A DNA stretch of 64,000 nt from Polyangiaceae bacterium (GTDB lineage: Bacteria; Myxococcota_A; Polyangia; Polyangiales; Polyangiaceae): positions 1-64,000 of the forward strand of contig JANRKO010000070.1 in NCBI GenBank assembly GCA_033763455.1. Direction: 5' to 3'. The position numbers were made by a program, and so were the translations under genes. Below the pieces are notes generated by a model, which had not been told where the DNA came from, searched no databases, and saw nothing but the letters and a program-made list of their open reading frames with translations. Positions 39,195 to 48,282 of this stretch are shown in pieces (within the stretch, counting starts at the first letter, position 1; each line of letters begins with the position of its first letter).

Positions 39195-39271
39195 GCTCGT
39201 TTTTGGAATTGGGCATTCACGAACCATTGCCGCCACTTCCGACTTATTTATCCCCAATCCCCAAAACGAGC
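39195..39271. repeat. Long imperfect inverted repeat (hairpin 2)
   Basis: Arms 39195-39213 and 39253-39271 pair at 17/19 positions. Confidence 0.85.
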
Positions 39272-39632
39272 TACCGCGCTGCCCGAGGCTTTTCTGGGTC
39301 GCAACCCCTCTGTTGCAGCGCGGAGCTGCCACGCACACGCCCGGCCCGCGGCTCCTGTACAGGAGACGCTTGGCGAGGGGCTAGCTGCCGCAACAAGCGG
39401 CAGCTGGGGTGGGTATCCAACCAATAAGGTGATGCCCTCTACTCACTCAATGCGAATACTGGGCGAGGTAAATGAGTATGAAACGCCCTGCAACGATGGA
39501 GCAGCTTCTATCACTTACGCGCCGTGCTCTCGCCTTACCGCCGGACCAAGGACCCAACGATCACGCCGCAATTCGGATCATTCTCGCACCACGCTTTAGC
39601 CCCTGCCGCGGGATGAGGCCCCGCCAGCAGGC

Positions 39633-40484
39633 CTACAGCGTGCGAAGAAGCCGCCGAATGTGCTTCTGCTCCCAGGCAATGGCTCGCGTGTAGTCTCGGA
39701 AGAGGCTCTCACGTTCGCGAAATTCCGGCCCGTGCAAAACGACGTTTTTCCCAGAGCGCGTGGAACCCATATGGTGGTGAAGGAGCTCGTGATACACGAC
39801 GTACGCCACGAAATACCTGGGCACCCAAGCGTTATCGAGTGCCGGATGCACGCGAATCAAACGCTCGCGTGGGCTGTACGAACCTAGCTTGATGGCCTGG
39901 CGCACGCCGTTCCTGGGCTGCGTGCGGCGGCCCCAGGTGATGAGCACAGCGGGCGAAGGCTCGCCGAGGTAGCGGCGGCTTACCTCGGCCAAGATCTTCA
40001 AAAGATTATGGTGCGTGCCCTGGGTGCGCACGGGGCCACTTACTGGCTGCGATGCCCGAATGCGGTGCGTATTTGCATGGATGAAGGCATCCACCACCGA
40101 CGAGGCCTCAGGATCGTTGAACACAATGTACCGGGCCAGAGCCTCTTGGACGCGCTCCGGGGCACCGAGGAACATCATGTGCAGCCGCACACGCAGGCGG
40201 CCACCCTCCCGGGTCTGGGTGATCATTCGGCGCACATTGTCGGTAACGCCCAGCTGAACGGGGCCGTCGAACGCAAGTTCAAGCCGACGCTCGAGTGCCT
40301 GGCGCGCTCCCTCATGGACAAAGATCTGGGGACCGATAGCCGCAAACTGAAGCGGGAAGCGCAGCAGCGTAGGATGCGGAATGCGCACGGCCGATGGCGC
40401 CATGCGTGGAGCTCGAACGTAGCCCGGCCGCTTCCGCTCAGTGGCGGACTCGAACCAGGGGAAGGCAACCGAAAGCTCTGTCAC
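39633..40484 (-). CDS. SprT/YgjP-like zinc metalloprotease domain protein
   Basis: LGSY...IRVHPALD...VVYHELLHH...HGPEF. Confidence 0.8.
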   Translation of the reverse strand: MTELSVAFPWFESATERKRPGYVRAPRMAPSAVRIPHPTLLRFPLQFAAIGPQIFVHEGARQALERRLELAFDGPVQLGVTDNVRRMITQTREGGRLRVRLHMMFLGAPERVQEALARYIVFNDPEASSVVDAFIHANTHRIRASQPVSGPVRTQGTHHNLLKILAEVSRRYLGEPSPAVLITWGRRTQPRNGVRQAIKLGSYSPRERLIRVHPALDNAWVPRYFVAYVVYHELLHHHMGSTRSGKNVVLHGPEFRERESLFRDYTRAIAWEQKHIRRLLRTL

Positions 40485-40746
40485 AGTCTCTGAAAGTATG
40501 GCCTAAGGTCGGCCCGAAGTGTCGTCAAGAAATCCGAATTTTCCTTCTTATTTCGTAGACTTAGGCCCCCGCAACGACCCCAGCCTAGGCCCTCTCGTAA
40601 CTCCGCCCAGCCACTAGGGAATCCCGCGGAGCCGCAGCGCTTGACGCTAGAAACGCCAACCCCCTGAGCTCCTCCATCCGAGGAGCCTTACACGCTACAT
40701 AGGGCGCCGATATTCCGTCACAGGCCAGAGACAGGGGGTAAACGAC

Positions 40747-40769
40747 CCCATTTCCAGGAAGGAATGGGG
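40747..40769 (-). terminator. Hairpin downstream of recA
   Basis: CCCATT..CC/GG.AATGGG imperfect stem 17 nt past the stop, followed by GTCGTTT on the minus strand. Confidence 0.45.
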
Positions 40770-40786
40770 CCGCGGGCAGGCTTCAA

Positions 40787-41971
40787 CTACGCGCCGTCTG
40801 GCCTTGCGGCGGGGCGACGGTTACTGCCGTTGGCCTTCGCCTCATCCCCTTTTGGGTTTGGGTCAGCCTTTGGAGCAACTTTGGCTCCCGCCTTAGCAGA
40901 GTCCTTGTCCGAATCGGCGCTGCGAGAAGCTTCAACCGGACCCGTGCCACGAACGATCCCGTGGTGCTTGAGGACGGCGGCTTCCAACTTGGCGATGAGC
41001 TCGGGGTGTTGCTCAAGGTACAAGCGCGCGTTATCTCGACCTTGCCCAATTCGCTCCCCATCGAGCGAATACCAAGCACCCGACTTGGCGACGATACCGA
41101 CATCAGCCGCCATATCGAGCACCTCACCCGAACGGCTCACGCCCAGGCCGTAGAGGATATCAAACTCCACTTCTCGGAACGGCGGAGCCATCTTGTTTTT
41201 CACAACCTTTACGCGCGTGCGATTGCCCACGACAGCCATATCTTTGCCAGCCTGCGCCACTGCTTCTTTGATGGCTCCAATGCGCCGCACATCCAGCCGC
41301 ACCGACGCATAGAATTTGAGCGCATTGCCGCCGGACGTTGTTTCCGGGCTGCCAAACATCACGCCGATCTTCATGCGGATCTGGTTCGTAAAGAAAATCA
41401 TGCACTGCGAGCGACTCACCGCGCCCGTGAGCTTTCGAAGAGCTTGGCTCATCAAGCGCGCTTGGAGGCCAACGTGCGAATCCCCCATATCGCCTTCAAT
41501 CTCGGCCTTCGGCACAAGCGCCGCCACCGAGTCGACAACCACCAGATCCACAGCGCCCGAGCGTACGAGCATCTCTGCAATTTCCAGCGCCTGCTCGCCG
41601 TAATCCGGCTGGCTGATGAGAAGCTCGTCTGTCTTCACGCCTAACTTCCGCGCGTAAGTGATGTCGAGCGCGTGCTCTGCATCAATAAACGCTGCGACGC
41701 CGCCCTGCTTTTGCACGTTGGCAATGGCGTGCAACGTGAGCGTTGTTTTGCCGCTCGATTCAGGCCCGTAAATCTCAAGGATACGACCGCGCGGATAGCC
41801 CCCGATGCCAAGAGCTAGATCCAAACCGAGTGAACCCGATGGCACCACGGCGATATCCCCACCGATTTTTTCGCCATCTTTCAGGCGCATGATGGCGCCT
41901 TCGCCGAACTCTTTCTGCACGCTAGCAATGGCAACCTCTAGCGCGCGCCCTTTTTGCTTCTCGTCGATCAT
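40787..41971 (-). CDS. recA: Recombinase RecA
   Basis: [50 protein letters not shown] before ATG 41971. Confidence 0.99.
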   Translation of the reverse strand: MIDEKQKGRALEVAIASVQKEFGEGAIMRLKDGEKIGGDIAVVPSGSLGLDLALGIGGYPRGRILEIYGPESSGKTTLTLHAIANVQKQGGVAAFIDAEHALDITYARKLGVKTDELLISQPDYGEQALEIAEMLVRSGAVDLVVVDSVAALVPKAEIEGDMGDSHVGLQARLMSQALRKLTGAVSRSQCMIFFTNQIRMKIGVMFGSPETTSGGNALKFYASVRLDVRRIGAIKEAVAQAGKDMAVVGNRTRVKVVKNKMAPPFREVEFDILYGLGVSRSGEVLDMAADVGIVAKSGAWYSLDGERIGQGRDNARLYLEQHPELIAKLEAAVLKHHGIVRGTGPVEASRSADSDKDSAKAGAKVAPKADPNPKGDEAKANGSNRRPAARPDGA

Positions 41972-42008
41972 GGCTTTCGTCTCCCGTTTAAGTCTGCGGG
42001 GAGTAGTA

Positions 42009-42031
42009 CTGCTCTCTTGTTCAGGTGTCAA
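42009..42031 (-). promoter_or_regulatory. recA promoter -35 with Myxococcus-type LexA box
   Basis: TTGACA at 42031-42026; CTGCTCTCTTGTTCAGG (42009-42025) fits CTRHAMRYBYGTTCAGS at 15/17. Confidence 0.7.
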
Positions 42032-42220
42032 CTGAACGGGCTGACCTTCCCTGTCCTATCTGGGGGCTCCACCGCCAAGGTGCCAGGCATTTCATGCGCC
42101 AAAGCACGCTGGAGGCCTGCGATGGAATCGGACGCCCACCACGAGCCAGCTACTCGCAACACCCTCATGGCGTGCCTCCCAACCCCTCATACGTGTCGTG
42201 GGGCCTCGGGCCTTGTGGCC

Positions 42221-42727
42221 TCAAGTGCCAGATCCGGAATGCCCAGCATTGCCGGATACGCCGGCATGGCCCGAGGCACCCGCATTGCCTGCCGAACCAC
42301 CACTACTTGACCCGCCAGCGCCTACACCCGGAGCGCCGCCCGTAACAGAAGGACAGGGATTCAACATGACCGAACCGCCAGCGCCTCCTGAGGCGAGCGT
42401 GCCACCGGACCCAGACATACCTGCTGAGCCAGACATACCTGCTGAGCCAGACATACCCGCTGAGCCAGACATACCCGCTGAGCCAGACATACCCGCTGAG
42501 CCAGGCATGCCACCTGACCCCGAGGAACCCGGGGCACCACCCTGAGGACACGGCGAACCGCCAGCCCCAACGGAACCTCCGCTACCACCAGCAGTACTTC
42601 CTCCCGTTTCGCCCGGAGGAAGCGGCGTAGGACGAACTGGATAGCTGCTACACGCCGATGCTACGCCCGCGCCCGCGAGCAGTGCTGCGGCGGCCCACCC
42701 TATCCACTTCCAGTTCCTCGGTGCCAT
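42221..42727 (-). CDS. Gly/Ser-rich low-complexity lipoprotein
   Basis: Lipobox ASAC; SAGMSG repeats. Confidence 0.7.
   Translation of the reverse strand: MAPRNWKWIGWAAAALLAGAGVASACSSYPVRPTPLPPGETGGSTAGGSGGSVGAGGSPCPQGGAPGSSGSGGMPGSAGMSGSAGMSGSAGMSGSAGMSGSAGMSGSGGTLASGGAGGSVMLNPCPSVTGGAPGVGAGGSSSGGSAGNAGASGHAGVSGNAGHSGSGT
42411..42500. repeat. 18-bp tandem repeat x5
   Basis: CCAGACATACC(T/C)GCTGAG five times, in frame. Confidence 0.95.
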
Positions 42728-42873
42728 ATCCCACGCACCATTGCCTCTGTTGTGCAGTTAAAGTCAAGCGCTCTAGCGGGGGGATCTGGGGGGCAAGGGC
42801 TGCTGGAGTTGCCCTTTTTCGGCAAAACTTCACTCGCCTCCACGTTTGCGAGCAAAGCGAGCGGGCACCCGGG

Positions 42874-44013
42874 CTAGGCTTGGGCTACCAGCTGCTGCTG
42901 CTGCTGTTGAAGGAACTGGGCCACAAGCCGCGAGCGCTCCATCGCAAACTGCTTCACTTCGCGGCTAGGCGAACCCATCAACGCGTTCAGAAGCCTGGTG
43001 ACTTTCTCAATCTGCCGCGTCTGAAACAGCGCTTCAAAGTAGTTGTTAGCGAGCCGCACGTCGCGGGACATTTTACCTTCATGCTTTTGCAGCAACTCCA
43101 CAACTTTATCGAGCTGGCCCTTCTGGCCGTAGAGAGCAGAGAGAGAAATCAACGCCAACGCGTCGTCGGGACCCCGTTCGACCGCCTTTTCTGCAAAACC
43201 AACGGCCCTGTCGCGCGTTTCTTCCTGGGCCGAGAACAAACCCTGAAGTGCAATGTAGGCGGCTGCGCTTTTCTTGTTCGGCTCGGCCATAGCGAGCTGC
43301 TCCACTGCAGCCACTGCCTTTTCTTCTCCGCCCAGCTCCTTCTCAAAATTAAAGAGGTAAGCCCACGCATCCACCGAATACGCGTCCACCTGGATCGCAT
43401 GCTCGATGCATTCACGTTCGCGCTGAGATTCTCCACGGCCTTTGTACACCTTGGCCAAATGGAGCGACGGATAAGCGTTTTCCGGCAAGAGATTCTGAGC
43501 GCCTCGCAACGTGCCTTCCGCTTTTTCCCAATTCTGTTGATTGAGCTGAGCAATGCCAAGCGCCAACCAATCTTCACCTCCCCCGCCGCTTGCAACCAAC
43601 TTAGCGAGCACCTTTTCCGCGGCTGGGAAACGGGAATACTTCATCAGCTCTTGGGCATAGATCCGCGCACGGTCGAGATCGTCAGGGTTTTCTTGCCAGT
43701 GCTTTTCAAGACCACCGAGTAAATCTTCAAGCCCGATCGCAATCGGTCTGCCTTGCGCATCTTGAACTTGCACAGCGGGACCATTGAACCCGAGGAGCTT
43801 CCAAAATTGCTCCATTTGAAGGGCCACCGGACCCGACTGCATGGCCACAGAAAGCTCTGCTGTCGGTTGGCTCAACGGGAGAACGATCAGCGCATTGCCC
43901 GGAACGCCACTTGGAAACGCGCTCACTGGGGCCACAATCGCGGCGCCGCCTTGAAGCTGAAGGTTGGCTTGCACTTGGGACTCGGCCGAGGCGGGTGAAT
44001 TGGGCTGACTCAT
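42874..44013 (-). CDS. Tetratricopeptide repeat protein
   Basis: WLALGIAQ...AE...A...PEN, AWAYL, ALISLSALY helical repeats; start MSQPN inferred. Confidence 0.85.
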   Translation of the reverse strand: MSQPNSPASAESQVQANLQLQGGAAIVAPVSAFPSGVPGNALIVLPLSQPTAELSVAMQSGPVALQMEQFWKLLGFNGPAVQVQDAQGRPIAIGLEDLLGGLEKHWQENPDDLDRARIYAQELMKYSRFPAAEKVLAKLVASGGGGEDWLALGIAQLNQQNWEKAEGTLRGAQNLLPENAYPSLHLAKVYKGRGESQRERECIEHAIQVDAYSVDAWAYLFNFEKELGGEEKAVAAVEQLAMAEPNKKSAAAYIALQGLFSAQEETRDRAVGFAEKAVERGPDDALALISLSALYGQKGQLDKVVELLQKHEGKMSRDVRLANNYFEALFQTRQIEKVTRLLNALMGSPSREVKQFAMERSRLVAQFLQQQQQQLVAQA

Positions 44014-44130
44014 ATTTCCTTGCGAATCTTCTTTGGGGGAGGCGGCGAAGTTAGCAGCGGCCCTGAAGCGCGGCAACACGGAGGGCCTCCGGCATTGGTT
44101 TTGCGGGCAAGAGCGAGTATGGTGAAAACC

Positions 44131-44742
44131 ATGCGGCACGGTCTGATTCGCCTGATCACTCTAGCTTCCCTAAGTTCAGTCGGTTTCTTGGCGCTTCCCT
44201 GCAGCGCCGAACCGATGACCATCAAGCAGCCGGGCAACCACCCCAATTATGGGTTTGAGCTTGAGCCGCACTTGCTCCTCGGCACCGGCCGCCTAGGGCC
44301 TGGCTACGGCGGCGGCTTTGGACTTGGCGCTCGCGGAAGCATTCCAATTGTTGACAACGGGTTCATCGAAACCATTAACAACTCGGTCGCGATTAGCTTC
44401 GGGGTCGATTGGATCCACTACAACGGATACGACTACCGATACGGCTGCAAGTACAACGGCAAGGACCTCTGCGTGTACCGCCCGTACTACGACTACAGCA
44501 CCAACTACGTATCGATCCCTGTCACCCTCCAATGGAATTTCTTTCTGAGCAAACATTGGTCCGTGATGGGCGAATTGGGGCCCGATCTTGCTTTTTATTC
44601 GGATCCGGTGTTCAACGAGCTCAATCTCGACGTAGATCTTGCCATCTTCGCCGGGGGGCGCTGGCATTTCGCTGAATCCACAGCACTCACGCTGCGCGTG
44701 GGCTATCCGAGCTCAAGCATCGGCTTTTCGTTCCTGCTCTAA
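44131..44742 (+). CDS. Secreted, probable outer-membrane beta-barrel protein
   Basis: Signal peptide, alternating beta strands, aromatic-rich, ends IGFSFLL. Confidence 0.72.
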   Translation: MRHGLIRLITLASLSSVGFLALPCSAEPMTIKQPGNHPNYGFELEPHLLLGTGRLGPGYGGGFGLGARGSIPIVDNGFIETINNSVAISFGVDWIHYNGYDYRYGCKYNGKDLCVYRPYYDYSTNYVSIPVTLQWNFFLSKHWSVMGELGPDLAFYSDPVFNELNLDVDLAIFAGGRWHFAESTALTLRVGYPSSSIGFSFLL

Positions 44743-44844
44743 GGCCAGCATCCTGGGGGCCAGGCCAACTCTATCCCGCAAAGCGGCCCCAAAAGCATAC
44801 CCCATGGCCGGGCCTGAGAACTGACGCTATACCAAGCTCTCTCT

Positions 44845-45906
44845 ATGAGTTGGTCTTCCATCCTCGCTGGTATCGTGGGGCTCGGTTTGTTGATGGTGGT
44901 GCACGAGGGAGGGCACCTCTTGATGGCACGTGCGTTCGGTATGCGCGTTACGCGTTTCAGCATTGGGTTTGGCCCCACGCTGTGGCGGCACCAGCCCAAA
45001 GACAGCGACACCGTCTATCAAATCGCCCTGATCCCATTCCTCGCCTACGTGCAAATCGCGGGGATGAATCCATTTGAAGAGGTAGATCCCGAAGACAAGG
45101 GCAATTACGCGAATGCCTCCCTTATCGGCAGAATAGCCGCCATCTTCGCAGGGCCGCTCGCCAACTACCTCTTTGCGTCGGTGTTTTTCTTCTTCGCACT
45201 CGTGCTCGGTGGCAAAGAGGTGCTCACCACCAAGATCAACGCGATTACCCCGCAAAGTGCAGCGGCCAAAGCTCAACTCAAGCTGGGTGATGAGGTAGTG
45301 GGTATTGACGGCCATAAGATCACCGACTGGGATCGCATGAAGAGCTTGATCGTCAAGAGCCCGAACAAGCCCCTTGCCGTGGAAGTCATCCGAAAGTCAG
45401 AGCGCGTGCGTTTGACCGTTACGCCAGACAAGAACGCGCGCGGAGAAGGGATTATTGGAATTAGCCCGCTCTTTCTGAATCGCCCTGTGGGCCTTCAGGA
45501 GGCCGCTGTAGATTCCGTGGTTTATCCCGCGCAAGTAGTACGGATGGTGGTTCTCAGCCTCGGCAGGCTGGTGAGCGATATCGTTGCCGGGCGCGGAAAG
45601 CCTGAGATGAGCGGGCCCATCGGGATCGTGAGTGAATTTTCCAAGGCTGCAGAAGAAGGCGTGCCACACTTTCTCCGTCTGCTCGGCATGTTGAGCGCTT
45701 ACATTGGCGCTTTCAACCTGATCCCATTTCCAGCGCTTGATGGTGGCCGGCTCATGTTCCTCGGATACGAAGCGGTAACACGGCGCCGACCGGAGCCGCG
45801 CCTCGAGGCCCAAGTACACCTGGTGGGTTTGGTGGTGCTGCTCGCGCTAATCTTGATTGTAACCATAGGGGACGTGCGAGCTTTGGTGAGCCCACGAGGG
45901 CAATAG
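44845..45906 (+). CDS. rseP: Site-2 (M50) protease with PDZ domain
   Basis: HEGGH, FSIGFG, AGPLAN, NLIPFPALDGG. Confidence 0.93.
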   Translation: MSWSSILAGIVGLGLLMVVHEGGHLLMARAFGMRVTRFSIGFGPTLWRHQPKDSDTVYQIALIPFLAYVQIAGMNPFEEVDPEDKGNYANASLIGRIAAIFAGPLANYLFASVFFFFALVLGGKEVLTTKINAITPQSAAAKAQLKLGDEVVGIDGHKITDWDRMKSLIVKSPNKPLAVEVIRKSERVRLTVTPDKNARGEGIIGISPLFLNRPVGLQEAAVDSVVYPAQVVRMVVLSLGRLVSDIVAGRGKPEMSGPIGIVSEFSKAAEEGVPHFLRLLGMLSAYIGAFNLIPFPALDGGRLMFLGYEAVTRRRPEPRLEAQVHLVGLVVLLALILIVTIGDVRALVSPRGQ

Positions 45907-45939
45907 GCACAACGCAGCAACCTCGGCCACACTCGACCC

Positions 45940-46656
45940 TTGTGGTCCCTTCACGCATTCTTGTACCCTGGGAGAGTGCGTCGCTCATTGCTCGGGTTAG
46001 TACTTTTAGCTACCGCTGAGGTCGGGTGCTCCACTCCACAGGTACGGTTGGATGAGGCGCCGCGAGAGTACGTTGCCGATGACTACACACTGGTGTTGCG
46101 GCGGTGGACGCGCAGCCGTGATCTTATCAACATCACCGAGCTCGATAATCTCCTCACAGCTACGGCTACCTACGAGTCTTGGGATTTTCGCTGGGCATAT
46201 GCCGTTCGCTACGCGGAAGATTACCGGCTCACTATTGACCAACGCACTTCGCTGCTTGAACGCTCACTCGCTGAGACCAGGAATGCGCACCAATTTTACG
46301 TTGCGCTCTACGCGGAACGTTTCAAGTGGAATGATCTTACGCACCCCGAGCCCGCTTGGGTGGTGCGCTTGATCGATGATGAAGGCACCGAGACCACCCC
46401 AACGGAGATCGTTCCGGTAAAACGCCCCGGAGCGATCGAGCTCACCTATTTTCCGTACACCACGCCGTGGCGAAGTGCCTTCCGTATTTCGTTTCCGATC
46501 GTGCGGGCAGATGGGCGCCCGACCATATCACCTGCGGCGCGCTGGTTTGGTTTGCGCTTTGCGGGTGCGCAGGGCAATTCTGATCTTATTTGGGAAATCG
46601 AAGACGCGAGCCGGCCGCTCCTGAGCCGCGGCCCCATAGTGCGCCCAGTGCTCTAG
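45940..46656 (+). CDS. Hypothetical lipoprotein
   Basis: Lipobox-like VGC; start may be GTG 45976. Confidence 0.7.
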   Translation: MWSLHAFLYPGRVRRSLLGLVLLATAEVGCSTPQVRLDEAPREYVADDYTLVLRRWTRSRDLINITELDNLLTATATYESWDFRWAYAVRYAEDYRLTIDQRTSLLERSLAETRNAHQFYVALYAERFKWNDLTHPEPAWVVRLIDDEGTETTPTEIVPVKRPGAIELTYFPYTTPWRSAFRISFPIVRADGRPTISPAARWFGLRFAGAQGNSDLIWEIEDASRPLLSRGPIVRPVL

Positions 46657-48215
46657 ATGCCTGCTAGGATTTCGAGCAGCGGAGGCACGCTCAACAAGAG
46701 CTCATGAGCCGTTCGCCTGTCGGTTCGTAGCAGCAAAATACCCTCAGATCCTGCTTGAGCCGTCGCAGGCGCCGGGCCCGCGCGCATGATTTGGGGGGCA
46801 AAAACGAAGTCCCCGGGATGCGCCTCACTCTGCACAGCGCCATCTTCACCCACCAGCACGAGCGACCCTGCGCCGACGATGTAGAGCGCTTCCACGGGTT
46901 GCCCTTGGGCCAACACCACTTCATTGGGTCCGTAGTGCTGCACCTCACATCTACTGGTTATCATCCCACGCAAAGCGTCGTCGAGGCGTTCGCCCATCAC
47001 ACCCATGCCAGCACCTGCTAACGCCTGGTAGTGATCGGCAACTTGCCGCAGATCTTCCTCCACCCACGGACATTCCGCCATCTCGCGGCGCAGATCGTCG
47101 CGACCGAAGATAGCTACCTTGGTGCCAGCTTCAGCTCCCACGACGCGAATCGGGATGCCCGGGGTTAGGCTACCTGTGCCAAACACTACATCCGCAGTGG
47201 ACGCACTGGCACATGCTGCATCCGCCAAGGTTGGCATAATGTACACGGTGCCCTGGAGGATGAGGGCCGCGCCAAAATCATCGACCTCCTCGTCGGGGCC
47301 AAGCTCTACGATGCGAGCACGCGCTACCAAACGACGCTGGGCATCATCCGGCAAGTCCTGTAGGCCGCGAACCTCCACCAGCAGGATCCCCTCGATAGCG
47401 GCCTCGCCAGCCTCAACGTCAGGCTCCGCAGGGCTCAGGGCTACGGGTGCAGTAGCATCAGGCGACGTAGCCTCCGGTGAAGTGGCATCCGGCGAGGTAG
47501 CCTCCGGTGAAGTGTCCAGCGCCTCTTCCGTGTACTCGGGCGCCAATTCACTGCTGAAACTCGCAAGTGGAATTCCAAAGGACTCATTCACAGGCTGGCT
47601 GACCTCACGCGGGCTCGGCAAGCGCAGGCTATCGGGCTCGGCATCAGTCGCAAAACTTGGCACCGAAGGGTAGGCGTAGCTCTCGCCGCCGGGCTCGGCG
47701 TCTTGCGCTTCTGTCGGTTCAACCTCTCCAACATCCTCTGGGCTGGACTCAACTTCTTCGGCCTCTTCAACCTCTTCGGCCTCTTCAACTTCTTCAGCCT
47801 GCGCCGCCGCGGACCCAACCTGCTCCGCCTCCCCCGATCCATAGCTCACGGACTGCGCAGCTTCGCTGGCCCCGGAGGGCGCCTCTCCGCCCTCTTCTTC
47901 CAGCTCGACGTCGTCATCTAAGGAATCTAAAGCGTCGGTGTCCGGCACCGATGAGCGGCGCGCGGGCAAGGCCTCGGCGGACTTGTCCCACATGTGCTGG
48001 GTGAGTGAGGCCGCGAAGACTCTTAGCTGTTGGGCCCGCTCGGTAGCACCGACCTCCTCGGCGTTGTCGACGGCTCGTTCCAACCAACTGAGCGCATCCC
48101 CGTACGCGCGACGTGACCACTGGACCTGCGCAGTCTGTAAAGCCCAAGCAACGTCGTCGTCATCATCCTCGAGGACGGGCGGTATGGCACTTGCGGGTCC
48201 CACTGCGTGTGTCAA
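46653..48215 (-). CDS. Protein with acidic linker and two cNMP-binding-like domains
   Basis: YGPNEVVLAQGQP..ALYIV..G; earlier degenerate copy; Glu/Pro-rich linker. Confidence 0.75.
   Translation of the reverse strand: MTHAVGPASAIPPVLEDDDDDVAWALQTAQVQWSRRAYGDALSWLERAVDNAEEVGATERAQQLRVFAASLTQHMWDKSAEALPARRSSVPDTDALDSLDDDVELEEEGGEAPSGASEAAQSVSYGSGEAEQVGSAAAQAEEVEEAEEVEEAEEVESSPEDVGEVEPTEAQDAEPGGESYAYPSVPSFATDAEPDSLRLPSPREVSQPVNESFGIPLASFSSELAPEYTEEALDTSPEATSPDATSPEATSPDATAPVALSPAEPDVEAGEAAIEGILLVEVRGLQDLPDDAQRRLVARARIVELGPDEEVDDFGAALILQGTVYIMPTLADAACASASTADVVFGTGSLTPGIPIRVVGAEAGTKVAIFGRDDLRREMAECPWVEEDLRQVADHYQALAGAGMGVMGERLDDALRGMITSRCEVQHYGPNEVVLAQGQPVEALYIVGAGSLVLVGEDGAVQSEAHPGDFVFAPQIMRAGPAPATAQAGSEGILLLRTDRRTAHELLLSVPPLLEILAGI
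47451..47514. repeat. In-frame tandem repeat (TSPEA/TSPDA)
   Basis: 15-bp units with 30-bp higher-order period. Confidence 0.8.
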
Positions 48216-48282
48216 CGGCCACTACTTTTGCACTAGTTGCGAAGGATTGTCACCCCGACCGCGTGAGTCAGCGAGAAGCGGC

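Noticed and set aside
38867..39271. Integron attC sites or retron msr-msd
   Set aside because: Hairpins lack RYYYAAC/GTTRRRY ends, and there is no integrase or reverse transcriptase in the window.
38602..39632. Replication terminus inferred from the gene-orientation switch
   Set aside because: Orientation shifts from mostly plus to mixed, but the plus strand looks C-rich on both sides by eye; needs a computed skew.
42411..42500. CRISPR array
   Set aside because: Repeats are contiguous with no spacers, in frame in a CDS, and no cas genes are present.
42658..43722. 354-aa plus-strand ORF
   Set aside because: Antisense shadow of the TPR gene; no motifs.
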